Origin: Sphingomonadales bacterium
GTDB taxonomy: Bacteria > Bacteroidota > Bacteroidia > NS11-12g > UBA955
Assembly (NCBI GenBank): GCA_016872175.1
Contig: VHBA01000001.1
Coordinates: forward strand, 2,757 to 66,756
DNA: 64,000 bases
Reading direction: 5' to 3'
Each line of letters starts with the position of its first letter. The stretch's first letter is position 1. Below, piece after piece: positions 8,426-17,613 of this stretch. The notes under the pieces are model-generated. The model was not told the DNA's origin and searched no databases. It was given only the letters and a program-made list of their open reading frames with translations. The position numbers were made by a program, and so were the translations under genes.

Positions 8426-9439
8426 TTAGAATTCAGGACACTTCAAAGGTCGGAAAGGTTTGGTTCCGGGTGGAACGCACCAGTCGATGGTTGCACTTAC
8501 TTCATGGCTGGAAGGAATAGCACTTCTGCCATCACTCACAGTAAAGTCATAACTGTAACCGAATTTGAAACGATTTTTCCTGAAGCCGATTAGCATCATA
8601 ATAGCATCGGAATTTTTATAATTTCCAAATGTCTGTCTAAACCACAAGCCACTTACCAAAGGACCTTTGTTGGCGTAGAAACCCACATTTAACTGTGTGA
8701 AATTTCGCTGCATCATAAATAAGGCATTGGGACTGAAAGTTGCAGCATCATCTTGTCTGAATCTTGACTTTGTTAGTGGTATTACGGCACCTGTATGAAC
8801 AGTATATCTGCGAGGCAGTATTTCATTGGGGTTTTGATAGAAACTCCAGTTAGGTTCAATGATGTTATGTGCTGCAGCACCCAGATAGAATTTTGAAGAG
8901 TACATAATCCAACCAGCATTGAAATTGGGGTAGCCAATGTTTTGAGAAGGTACCTGTTCGGCCGTTGGATTTACAAAACCTTGTGTTGGCACAATCTGAT
9001 CGGAGAACTTTAACCGATTAAAGTTGATACTTTTAAATGAATATGCTCCCTGTAAGCCAAAACGCATGAAGAGTTTGTTTCGGTTTAGTGGCAAAAGATA
9101 AGAATAGACACCGCTTATTGTGGTTGTGGTTAACAAGCCAGAACCCGCAACATCATGAAATACCATCGCACCCAATCCACCACCCACACTTGGGATATGT
9201 TGATCCCAGGAAGCTGCAAATGAGCGGAAAGTACCGGGCAGTCCGGGCCACTGGTTTCTGTAGTTAAGTGCTACACGGCCGGCTGCACCAAAATTACAAA
9301 CCGCTGAACCGGCCAGCGCTGGATTGGTGTAAACCGGAGCTGCATAAAACTGGGTCAATTCCGGGTCTTGTGCCTTAATTGTGGCCACTGTAAGCAGGGA
9401 GGCGGCCATAAAGGAAAGTCGTAAAAATCCTTTTTGCAT
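8426..9439 (-). CDS. type IX secretion system membrane protein, PorP/SprF family
   Basis: 337 aa. The signal peptide is followed by the family-typical N-terminal block AQDPELTQFYAAPVYTNPALAG. The rest is predicted beta-barrel-like and ends in F. Confidence 0.7.
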   Translation of the reverse strand: MQKGFLRLSFMAASLLTVATIKAQDPELTQFYAAPVYTNPALAGSAVCNFGAAGRVALNYRNQWPGLPGTFRSFAASWDQHIPSVGGGLGAMVFHDVAGSGLLTTTTISGVYSYLLPLNRNKLFMRFGLQGAYSFKSINFNRLKFSDQIVPTQGFVNPTAEQVPSQNIGYPNFNAGWIMYSSKFYLGAAAHNIIEPNWSFYQNPNEILPRRYTVHTGAVIPLTKSRFRQDDAATFSPNALFMMQRNFTQLNVGFYANKGPLVSGLWFRQTFGNYKNSDAIMMLIGFRKNRFKFGYSYDFTVSDGRSAIPSSHEVSATIDWCVPPGTKPFRPLKCPEF

Positions 9440-9562
9440 AGTTTCTGAATGGACAAATTTAGGAGATAAAACGTTTCATGCAATAAAATATTTTTTTTTG
9501 ATGGTGGAAAAATGACACTAAGATGCTGTCTGTATAGCAATATTGTAAGATATTTGCCGTTA

Positions 9563-12500
9563 ATGAGTGCGTTGTATAAGCGTATATTTCAAAAAGTTAA
9601 CATTTTTTACCTGTTAGGTTGTGCAATTTTTTGCTCATCTCTTAACGCTCAGGGCATGAAATTCAGTGATGGGGAATGGATTAGAGTAAGAGTGGCTGCT
9701 GATGGAGTTTATAAGATAACCGGCGTCGATCTTAAAAATGCAGGTTTTAATCTCGCCGGTAAGAATCCGGTAAATCTGTCTGTATTCACACATCAAGGGG
9801 CCATGCTTCCGGAGCTTAGTCGTCGCGAATTCCATGGTACACGGGAAATTCCGATTTTTGTTGATGATGGTAACGATGGTATCTTTGGTGCTGATGATTA
9901 TGTTTTATTTTTTGCATCTGCACCCCATACCTGGAATTATTCCTCCGGACAATGGCGTCACCAAACACATTTTTATGATGACTTTACCTACCTGTATGTT
10001 GGTTTTGGAAATGCTCCGGGCAAAAGAATAGGAAACAGCAATTACCAAGGTACGCCCGATGTAGTTGTAGATAAATCAGAATGGATGACTTTTTATGAAA
10101 AGGATCTTGAAAATCCAATTCACATGGGCAGAACGTGGCTGGGAGAAAAACTGGGAAATGAGAGCCTTAACCGAAACATAGATTTGCCGTTGCCCGCATC
10201 TTCAGATGACACCATCAGTGTAAGAATTTCTGTGGCCGGCGGTATGCAGGATGGTTCAGGGTCTGTTTCCTACAACATAAACAACCTTTCCGGCACCCTT
10301 TCTTATACACCCATCAATACAGAGTATGTAGCTTTTGATCTTCAGGAAAGATTTTTTCAGGTTTCCGTACCGGGCAAAAAGCTAACTACGCAGTTTTCCC
10401 TAAACAGACCCAATGCGAAAAGCAGTGGTTGGATAAATTTTATCGAGGTTACAGGTAAAATACCAATAAATACGTCACAGGGGCCAGTTGTTATCAGAAA
10501 CAGAGATTTTAAAGACAACAACACCGCCGAGATCAGAATTTCAACAGACTTGCTAAGTAAACCACAATCTGTCTGGAACGTGAGCGATCCGTTTATGCCT
10601 GTGGCACTTGATATTGTTCAAGTAGGGAATTTTAAAAAGGTGTTGTCAGGGCCAGGGGTATCCAAAAAAATGTTCGTGGCATTCGAAACGTCAAATATCC
10701 CCAAACCTGAAATTTTGGGAGTAATAACCGGGTCGGATTTACTAAATAGCAGTCCCCCTGAAATGCTGATAATTACCCACAATAACTTTAGAGCAGCAGC
10801 AAACCGTCTGGCAGAAATTAGAAGAAAAAATCAGGGATATGCAGTTCAGGTGGTAGATGTTTCAGATATATATAAACAGTTTAGCACCTCACAACAAAAT
10901 ATAGTGGCCATTCGTGATTTTGTACGTTTGGTTTATTTAAATTCACTGAAGGCGGGTAAGCCACTCAAATATGTGCTTCTGATGGGCGCTGCAAGCTACG
11001 ATATGAAAGACAGGGTTAAAGGGAATACCAATTTTATTCCAACCTATCAGTATGATGCCCATAATAAAGGTGTAACCTTCTGTCTTGATGATTTTTACGG
11101 CTACCTTGATTCACTGGCAGGAGATCCCGCAAGGGGTAAAAATCAAATGTGGGTATCGGTGGGCCGAATTCCTTGCAGAACAGCAGCCGAGGCGGAAGGA
11201 ATGGTAAGCAAGCTTGAACGCTATGATTCACCCAATAGTTTGGGAGATTGGCGCACAAACATTACCTACGTTACAGATGATGTGGATATTTCATGGGAAA
11301 CAGTATTTACGAGTGAAAGCGAGCGATATGCACAATACATTGATACTGTTCATCCTTACTTATCTGTAACCAAACTATTCTCTGATGCTTTTAAACAGGT
11401 TTCTACCGGCAATACTGAAAAATATCCCGATGTGAATGATGCTATTGACCGGACCATGAAAGATGGATGTCTGTTTATGAACTACCAGGGGCATGGCGGT
11501 CCGGCAGGCTGGGCACAGGAGGCTATTCTTGATGTTCCTATGATTAAAACCTGGAGCAACAGATGGAAAATGCCCGTAATGTTTACCGCAACCTGCGAGT
11601 TTAGTTTGTATGATGATCCCGGCGAACAAAGTGCAGGAGAACTCGCCTTGCTGAATCCCAATGGCGGACCGATTGCACTCATGTCAACAACCCGCCTTGT
11701 GTTCGTTTCGGGCAATATGGCCATTAATAATGATTTTTGGACAAATTACGGATTTCCGAAGCCGAATGAGCCCATACCCGCGCTGGGTGATGTTTTCAAA
11801 AGACTGAAAAACAGACAGGATATTACCTCTGAAGACAATAAGTTTGCCTTGCTTGGAGATCCGTCTATGCCCCTTGCATTTCCAAAACACCTAGTTGTGC
11901 TGGATTCCATAAACCATAAAACAGCTGCCGGCTATAATGATACGTTGAAAGCCTTTGGCGTAGTTGAAATAAAAGGACATATTGAAGAAAGGCTAAAAGG
12001 CAAGTTTAACGGATTTAACGGAAATTTATGGGTAAAGGTGCTCGATAAGCCCACCCTCAGAAAAACATTGGTTAATGATCAGCTGGGTGCCCCGATTTCC
12101 TATGAGGATCAGAGCAGCTACATATTCAAAGGTACTGTTTCTGTCCAGGATGGTGAGTTTAAAATTGTTTTTGCTACACCGAAAGACATTGCCTATCAGG
12201 TGGATCTTGGTAAAATATTATTGTATGCACACAATGGTGAAACCGATGCAGCAGGTGGATTTAATGTGATGATAGGAGGCAGTGAGCCCGATGTGAAGCC
12301 TGGAACAGATGGACCCATGGTTAGGGTTTTTATGAATGATACCACTTTTGTATCGGGCGGTCAGGTTCAATCTGAAACTGAATTGTTGGTAAAAGTGTCT
12401 GATACAGATGGGTTAAATGCCACAGGTGCGGGTATTGGCAGGGATATGCTGGCTGTAATAGATAAAGGTACGCCCAATGAGAAATCTTATTTGCTCAATG

Positions 12501-12982
12501 AGTTTTTTAGTTATGACCTCAATTCTTACCGTTCCGGCAGTATACGTATGCCACTAACAAATCTTTCACCCGGCAAACATACAGTGCTGGTGAAAGTGTG
12601 GGATATTTTTAACAACTCAGGTCAGGGGTCTACAGAATTCACCGTGGGAGAGGGTAGCCTGGAAGTATTTGATCATTCGGCTTTCCCCAATCCATTTTCA
12701 AAGAGTGTGGCATTGCGTTTTACGCATAATATGCCGGGCAAGGATTTAACAGCGGATGTGACTGTAATAGACATGACCGGCAAAACTTTGCACAGATACC
12801 AAATGGGAATATCTGCTGCAGCAGCCACAGAGGTAAGGCTTAACTGGAATGGGCATAGTGCCCCAGAGCCGCAACTGCGTTCATCAGAATTGCCTTCAGG
12901 AATTTATCAATACAGGGTAAACCTGAAATCTGGAGAAGCCTCCACATCATTTTCAGGCAAAATGATAAAAATAGTACCTTAG
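9563..12982 (+). CDS. porU: type IX secretion system sortase PorU (C25 / gingipain-family peptidase)
   Basis: About 1140 aa starting from the internal Met that has a signal peptide (MSALYKRIF...CSSLNAQG). C25 catalytic-dyad blocks are NYQGHGGPAGWAQE (His) and VMFTATCEFSLYDD (Cys). A C-terminal sorting-domain-like region is present. It lies immediately upstream of porV, as in other Bacteroidota. Confidence 0.75.
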   Translation: MSALYKRIFQKVNIFYLLGCAIFCSSLNAQGMKFSDGEWIRVRVAADGVYKITGVDLKNAGFNLAGKNPVNLSVFTHQGAMLPELSRREFHGTREIPIFVDDGNDGIFGADDYVLFFASAPHTWNYSSGQWRHQTHFYDDFTYLYVGFGNAPGKRIGNSNYQGTPDVVVDKSEWMTFYEKDLENPIHMGRTWLGEKLGNESLNRNIDLPLPASSDDTISVRISVAGGMQDGSGSVSYNINNLSGTLSYTPINTEYVAFDLQERFFQVSVPGKKLTTQFSLNRPNAKSSGWINFIEVTGKIPINTSQGPVVIRNRDFKDNNTAEIRISTDLLSKPQSVWNVSDPFMPVALDIVQVGNFKKVLSGPGVSKKMFVAFETSNIPKPEILGVITGSDLLNSSPPEMLIITHNNFRAAANRLAEIRRKNQGYAVQVVDVSDIYKQFSTSQQNIVAIRDFVRLVYLNSLKAGKPLKYVLLMGAASYDMKDRVKGNTNFIPTYQYDAHNKGVTFCLDDFYGYLDSLAGDPARGKNQMWVSVGRIPCRTAAEAEGMVSKLERYDSPNSLGDWRTNITYVTDDVDISWETVFTSESERYAQYIDTVHPYLSVTKLFSDAFKQVSTGNTEKYPDVNDAIDRTMKDGCLFMNYQGHGGPAGWAQEAILDVPMIKTWSNRWKMPVMFTATCEFSLYDDPGEQSAGELALLNPNGGPIALMSTTRLVFVSGNMAINNDFWTNYGFPKPNEPIPALGDVFKRLKNRQDITSEDNKFALLGDPSMPLAFPKHLVVLDSINHKTAAGYNDTLKAFGVVEIKGHIEERLKGKFNGFNGNLWVKVLDKPTLRKTLVNDQLGAPISYEDQSSYIFKGTVSVQDGEFKIVFATPKDIAYQVDLGKILLYAHNGETDAAGGFNVMIGGSEPDVKPGTDGPMVRVFMNDTTFVSGGQVQSETELLVKVSDTDGLNATGAGIGRDMLAVIDKGTPNEKSYLLNEFFSYDLNSYRSGSIRMPLTNLSPGKHTVLVKVWDIFNNSGQGSTEFTVGEGSLEVFDHSAFPNPFSKSVALRFTHNMPGKDLTADVTVIDMTGKTLHRYQMGISAAAATEVRLNWNGHSAPEPQLRSSELPSGIYQYRVNLKSGEASTSFSGKMIKIVP

Positions 12983-13091
12983 TCTTACAATAAAAACACC
13001 AAAATTGCTTTATAGCGAGATTCCTGCCATGATTTCAAAATCAAAACAAACAATTCAGAAACAAAACCCTATTTTTGCCAAACTTCCTTTT

Positions 13092-14291
13092 ATGAAGAAA
13101 GTCTCACTTTTCATTTTGATTGGTACATGGGTTTCTGTTTCCATGGCGCAGATTAGCAAGAGCCAGCTATCCGGACAGATGAACACTGTTACAACCATGG
13201 TTCCCTTTCTTACCATCACACCAGATAGCCGCTCGGCAGGTCTGGGGGATGCAGGTGTTGCCCTATTCAGTCCGGATGCCAACAGTGTTTCTTGGAACAT
13301 GAGTAACCTGGTGAATGCTGATAAAAAATCAGGTTTTTCGCTTTCATATGCTCCATGGCTCAGACAGCTGGTGTCGGATGTGGGATTTAGTTATTTGTCT
13401 GGCTACTCCAAATCCAAATCAGGTAACTCTGTTATTGGTGGTGCCATTCGCTATTTTTCCTTGGGTAATATCAATTTTACTGATTTTGAAGGTAATCCCA
13501 TTGGTAACTTCAATCCCAATGAATTCAGCCTGGAAGGCGGATATGGTACGCGTTTCAGTAAAAAATTCAGCATGGGTGTTAACCTAAGGTTCATCTACTC
13601 AAATATTGCAGGTAACCGTGTTATCAATGGCGCCAATACCAAGGCAGGCGTATCGGGCGCTGGCGATGTGAATCTTTTGTACAAAACAAAGATTAAGATG
13701 CAAGGCGGTAAAAACTCTGATTTTAATTTTGGAGTAAACATCCAGAACATTGGTGCTAAAATGACTTACACTACGCGTGAGCAAAGGGATTTTATTCCTA
13801 CCAACCTAAAATTGGGCGCTGGCTGGAAATATGAAATTGACCAGTATAACAAAGTAGGTGTATATGCCGATGTAAATAAATTATTGGTTCCAACACGTCC
13901 TTTTTACCTCGTAGCAGCTGATGGCAGTGACTCTGTTATTGGTGGTGTGAGACAATTTATTGGTAATGATCCCAATGTAAGCGTAACACAAGGTATGGTT
14001 CAGAGCTTTTATGACGCACCTGGTGGAATGAGTGAAGAACTTAATGAATGGACTGGGTCATTTGGAACCGAATATTGGTACGACAATAAATTTGCTGCCA
14101 GGGTAGGTGCGTTTTATGAAAATAAAAACAAAGGCGGAAGACAATATGCCACATTTGGTCTGGGCTTGAAATATCAGAAAGTTTCCATTGATCTGGCTAT
14201 GCTGGTTCCTTTTGCCCGCAGGCACCCACTGCAAAATCAGCTGCGTTTCTCGCTGCTGTTTGATATGGGAGCATTCTCGGATAAAGAGTAA
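13092..14291 (+). CDS. porV: type IX secretion system outer-membrane shuttle protein PorV (LptO)
   Basis: About 400 aa from the internal Met (MKKVSLFILIGTWVSVSMAQ signal peptide). Beta-barrel-like with alternating hydrophobic residues, ends in a C-terminal aromatic residue, and sits in the conserved position directly after porU. Confidence 0.7.
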   Translation: MKKVSLFILIGTWVSVSMAQISKSQLSGQMNTVTTMVPFLTITPDSRSAGLGDAGVALFSPDANSVSWNMSNLVNADKKSGFSLSYAPWLRQLVSDVGFSYLSGYSKSKSGNSVIGGAIRYFSLGNINFTDFEGNPIGNFNPNEFSLEGGYGTRFSKKFSMGVNLRFIYSNIAGNRVINGANTKAGVSGAGDVNLLYKTKIKMQGGKNSDFNFGVNIQNIGAKMTYTTREQRDFIPTNLKLGAGWKYEIDQYNKVGVYADVNKLLVPTRPFYLVAADGSDSVIGGVRQFIGNDPNVSVTQGMVQSFYDAPGGMSEELNEWTGSFGTEYWYDNKFAARVGAFYENKNKGGRQYATFGLGLKYQKVSIDLAMLVPFARRHPLQNQLRFSLLFDMGAFSDKE

Positions 14292-14312
14292 TTTTAGAAT
14301 ATTAAAGATTAC

Positions 14313-14340
14313 AAAGCCCCGAAAAATTCGGGGCTTTTTA
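14313..14340 (+). terminator. rho-independent terminator after porV
   Basis: AAGCCCCGaaaaatTCGGGGCTT followed by TTTTA. Confidence 0.7.
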
Positions 14341-14401
14341 TTTGTGTAATATGCTGAACAAAGCAAATAAATTTCTATTTTAGCCGAATAATAAAAACCC
14401 C

Positions 14402-15916
14402 ATGAATACAAATACTTCACAAGGCCATCCCAAAGGTTTGTACCTGCTGTTCTTTACCGAAATGTGGGAACGTTTCAGCTACTATGGCATGCGAGCTATT
14501 TTTATGCTGTTTATGATTAAGGCACTGCTGTTATCTGAAAAAGATTCTTCCAATATTTATGGAAGCTACACAGGGCTTGTTTATCTCACACCTTTGCTCG
14601 GTGGTTACCTCAGTGACCGGTTTTTAGGCAACAGGCGCAGTATTGAGATTGGTGGAATTATGATGGCCTTGGGGCAGTTCATACTCTTTTTCAGTGCCAG
14701 CACAACGGGTAGTTTAGCAGTAACCCTGATGTGGGCCGGCCTTACACTGCTTATCATTGGCAACGGCTTCTTCAAACCCAATATTTCAACCATGGTTGGA
14801 AATTTGTATCCTGAAGGCGATAGAAGAGTTGATTCTGCATTTACTATTTTTTACATGGGTATCAATCTCGGAGCATTCTTCTCGCCTCTGGTTTGCGGGT
14901 CACTGGCTGAAAAGGTTGATTTTAAATGGGGTTTCCTCGCCGCTGGTATCGGAATGGTAATTAGTCTGGTGAGTTTTTGGTTATATAAAGGAAAACTACT
15001 GATTGGTCATGATGGTAAAGATCTGGGAATGCCTGTAAAAAAGCTGGATTTAATGAGTATTATCACAATTATTGGCTCCACATGCATAATCTTTTTAATG
15101 CTCAACTTGAAATCTATCATTAATACAGAAGCTGATATCATTGGCTATTTCATCTTCGGTGCATTGATTATAATGCCACTGATAATTATGACTGATAAAT
15201 CGCTTAGCAGCGTGGAGCGCAGCCGTATTGGTGTAATTTTCATACTGTGTTTCTTTGTAATCTTCTTTTGGATGTCTTTTGAGCAGGCCGGTGCATCACT
15301 TACCCTTTTTGCCGACAAGCAAACCGACAGAATAGTGGGAACCTGGGAAATGCCTGCATCGTGGTTTCAAAGTATAAACCCGCTGGGTATAATTATTCTG
15401 GCTCCATTGTTTAGTATTTTGTGGGGTACCATGCACAAAAGAAACATGGAACCTTCTTCACCCATGAAAATGGCCTGGGGTTTGGCATTGCTTACGTTGG
15501 GTTATGTTGTGATTGCTATAGCCGTAAATGGCGTTGACAGCTCTGTGAAAGTAAGCATGTGGTGGCTGATTGCGCTTTATATTCTACATACCATGGGCGA
15601 ATTGTGTTTGTCGCCAATTGGTTTGTCAATGGTGAGCAAATTATCTCCTGCCAGATTTTCTTCACTACTTATGGGTACCTGGTTTTTGGCTAATGCCTGC
15701 GCAAACAAACTTGCAGGAACATTGAGTTCACTTATTCCTCCAGGAGCCGGCGAAAAAGCTGCTGAAGCCGGTGCAGAAATCCCGAGTATTGCAGGATTTC
15801 AGATCAATAATTTGTATGACTTCTTTATGGTTTTCATTGTGCTGAGTGGTGTGGCAGCTGTTATTCTCTTCCTGATGAGTAACTTCCTGAAGAAACGCAT
15901 GCACGGAATCAATTAA
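14402..15916 (+). CDS. POT/PTR2-family proton-dependent oligopeptide transporter (di/tripeptide permease)
   Basis: 504 aa with about 14 TM segments. PTR2 signature region LFFTEMWERFSYYGMRAIFMLFM, plus the blocks GGYLSDRFLG and FFKPNIS. Confidence 0.8.
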   Translation: MNTNTSQGHPKGLYLLFFTEMWERFSYYGMRAIFMLFMIKALLLSEKDSSNIYGSYTGLVYLTPLLGGYLSDRFLGNRRSIEIGGIMMALGQFILFFSASTTGSLAVTLMWAGLTLLIIGNGFFKPNISTMVGNLYPEGDRRVDSAFTIFYMGINLGAFFSPLVCGSLAEKVDFKWGFLAAGIGMVISLVSFWLYKGKLLIGHDGKDLGMPVKKLDLMSIITIIGSTCIIFLMLNLKSIINTEADIIGYFIFGALIIMPLIIMTDKSLSSVERSRIGVIFILCFFVIFFWMSFEQAGASLTLFADKQTDRIVGTWEMPASWFQSINPLGIIILAPLFSILWGTMHKRNMEPSSPMKMAWGLALLTLGYVVIAIAVNGVDSSVKVSMWWLIALYILHTMGELCLSPIGLSMVSKLSPARFSSLLMGTWFLANACANKLAGTLSSLIPPGAGEKAAEAGAEIPSIAGFQINNLYDFFMVFIVLSGVAAVILFLMSNFLKKRMHGIN

Positions 15917-15937
15917 AAGTCCTGATTTTATTACAAA

Positions 15938-15963
15938 AAGCCGGTATAGCCCGGCTTTTTTTA
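15938..15963 (+). terminator. rho-independent terminator after the first POT gene
   Basis: AGCCGGtatagCCCGGCT followed by TTTTTTT. Confidence 0.65.
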
Positions 15964-15980
15964 TGCACTAAAGCTTAATA

Positions 15981-17612
15981 TTGCGTTTAATCCTTATGTT
16001 CAAAAAACATCCTGCTGCTTTGCCGTTTCTCTTTTTCTCCGAAATGTGGGAGAGATTTGGCTATTACCTCATGATTGGTATTTTTACATTGTATCTAAAA
16101 GACGTAAAAGATGGATTTCAGATGAATGAAAAAGATGCCAGCAACCTGTATGGAACCTTTATTGCCTTGGTGTTTTTTACTCCGTTTCTGGGGGGATTAA
16201 TAGCCGACAGATTGCTGGGCTACCGAAAATCTATCATCGTAGGTGGATTACTTATGGGTGTTGGTTATTGTTTGATGGGCATTCACTCAATACCGGCATT
16301 GTATTTCTCCATGGCGCTGGTGATTATCGGCAATGGCTTCTTTAAACCCAATATTTCCACATTGCTAGGGAATGTGTATTCAACCCCTGAAAACCAACAC
16401 CAAAAAGATGAAGGCTACAATATATTTTACATGGGGATCAACATTGGTGCATTTATCTGTAATTTTTTTGGTGCTGCACTCTATACAACCATTGGCTGGA
16501 GTGCTGCATTCGCGGCTGCCGGAGTGGGAATGTTTATTGGTGTTATTGTATTTATAGCCGGTACCCGACATTACAAGCAATTTGATGTGCGCGTTGAACC
16601 AAGACCCGGTGATATGAGTATTGGGAAAATTATGGCAATTGTGCTTTTGCCATCTGTATTATGTGGTTTTTTGGGCTGGTTTATCCCCGGAAAAATATTT
16701 GACAGCGATAGCACAGATGCGTTCATTTTCGCTTGTGTTCCGGTGGTTGTGTACTATGCGTCATTGTACTTCAAATCGCACGAAGATGAAAAGAAACCTA
16801 TGGGCGTAATGCTTACAATCTTTGCCGTAGTTGTATTGTTTTGGGCGGTTTTCAAGCAAAACGGAACGGCCCTAAATACATGGGCAGACAATTATACCGA
16901 CAGAAGTGTTTCAGGAACAAGCCAGACGGTGTTTAACCAGCTTAAGTTAACAAAGAAGCTTACCTATGCGAAAGATTCTGTGCCCAAAATCGATTCTATG
17001 TATAGAAAAACCAAGGATACAAATGGGAAACTTGTGATGACCTATGATTATCCTAATTACTTCCAAAATGAAAAAGTAAAACCTGCAGAGAAAGCGGATG
17101 TGTTTGTTTGGAGTACGAACATTAGTCAGTCATTCAACCCGTTTTGGGTAATTCTGCTTACTCCGGTTGTGGTATCTTTCTTCTTGTTGTTGCGAAGAAA
17201 AGGGAAGGAGCCGGCCATTCCTACCAAAATAGCCTTGGGATTGCTCGTATCTGCTTTGTCTGTTTTGGTAATGGTAGCAGCTGTAAAAAGCGGTAACAAT
17301 GGTGCTGAAAAAGTGAGTTTTTGGTGGTTAATGGGCACATATGGAGTTATTACGATTGGTGAATTATTCCTGAGTCCAATGGGGCTATCACTGGTTTCAA
17401 AACTCAGTCCGCAACGATTTACCTCGCTGATGATGGGCGGCTGGTTTCTGGCTACCTCCATCGGCAACAAACTCAGTGGAGTACTTGCCAGTCAGTGGGA
17501 TACATACACGGATAAGGCATCCTATTTCTGGGTGAATTTTTTCCTATTACTTGGTGCTGCTCTGCTATTATTTGCGATGCTGAAAAAACTGAACAGCGCT
17601 ATTAAAAACTAA
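15981..17612 (+). CDS. POT/PTR2-family peptide transporter (paralog 2, with a large extra loop)
   Basis: 543 aa. Same signature as paralog 1 (FFSEMWERFGYYLM, GGLIADRLLG, FFKPNIS) but with a hydrophilic insertion of about 80 aa (…NQLKLTKKLTYAKDSVPKIDSMYRKTKDTNGKLVMTYDYPNYFQNEKVKPAEKADVFVW…) between TM blocks. Confidence 0.8.
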   Translation: MRLILMFKKHPAALPFLFFSEMWERFGYYLMIGIFTLYLKDVKDGFQMNEKDASNLYGTFIALVFFTPFLGGLIADRLLGYRKSIIVGGLLMGVGYCLMGIHSIPALYFSMALVIIGNGFFKPNISTLLGNVYSTPENQHQKDEGYNIFYMGINIGAFICNFFGAALYTTIGWSAAFAAAGVGMFIGVIVFIAGTRHYKQFDVRVEPRPGDMSIGKIMAIVLLPSVLCGFLGWFIPGKIFDSDSTDAFIFACVPVVVYYASLYFKSHEDEKKPMGVMLTIFAVVVLFWAVFKQNGTALNTWADNYTDRSVSGTSQTVFNQLKLTKKLTYAKDSVPKIDSMYRKTKDTNGKLVMTYDYPNYFQNEKVKPAEKADVFVWSTNISQSFNPFWVILLTPVVVSFFLLLRRKGKEPAIPTKIALGLLVSALSVLVMVAAVKSGNNGAEKVSFWWLMGTYGVITIGELFLSPMGLSLVSKLSPQRFTSLMMGGWFLATSIGNKLSGVLASQWDTYTDKASYFWVNFFLLLGAALLLFAMLKKLNSAIKN

Positions 17613-17613
17613 T

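Noticed and set aside
9355-9540. 61-aa minus-strand ORF in the porP/porU divergent promoter region
   Set aside because: It overlaps the porP-like gene's start and the shared promoter region, with no conserved features. Likely spurious.
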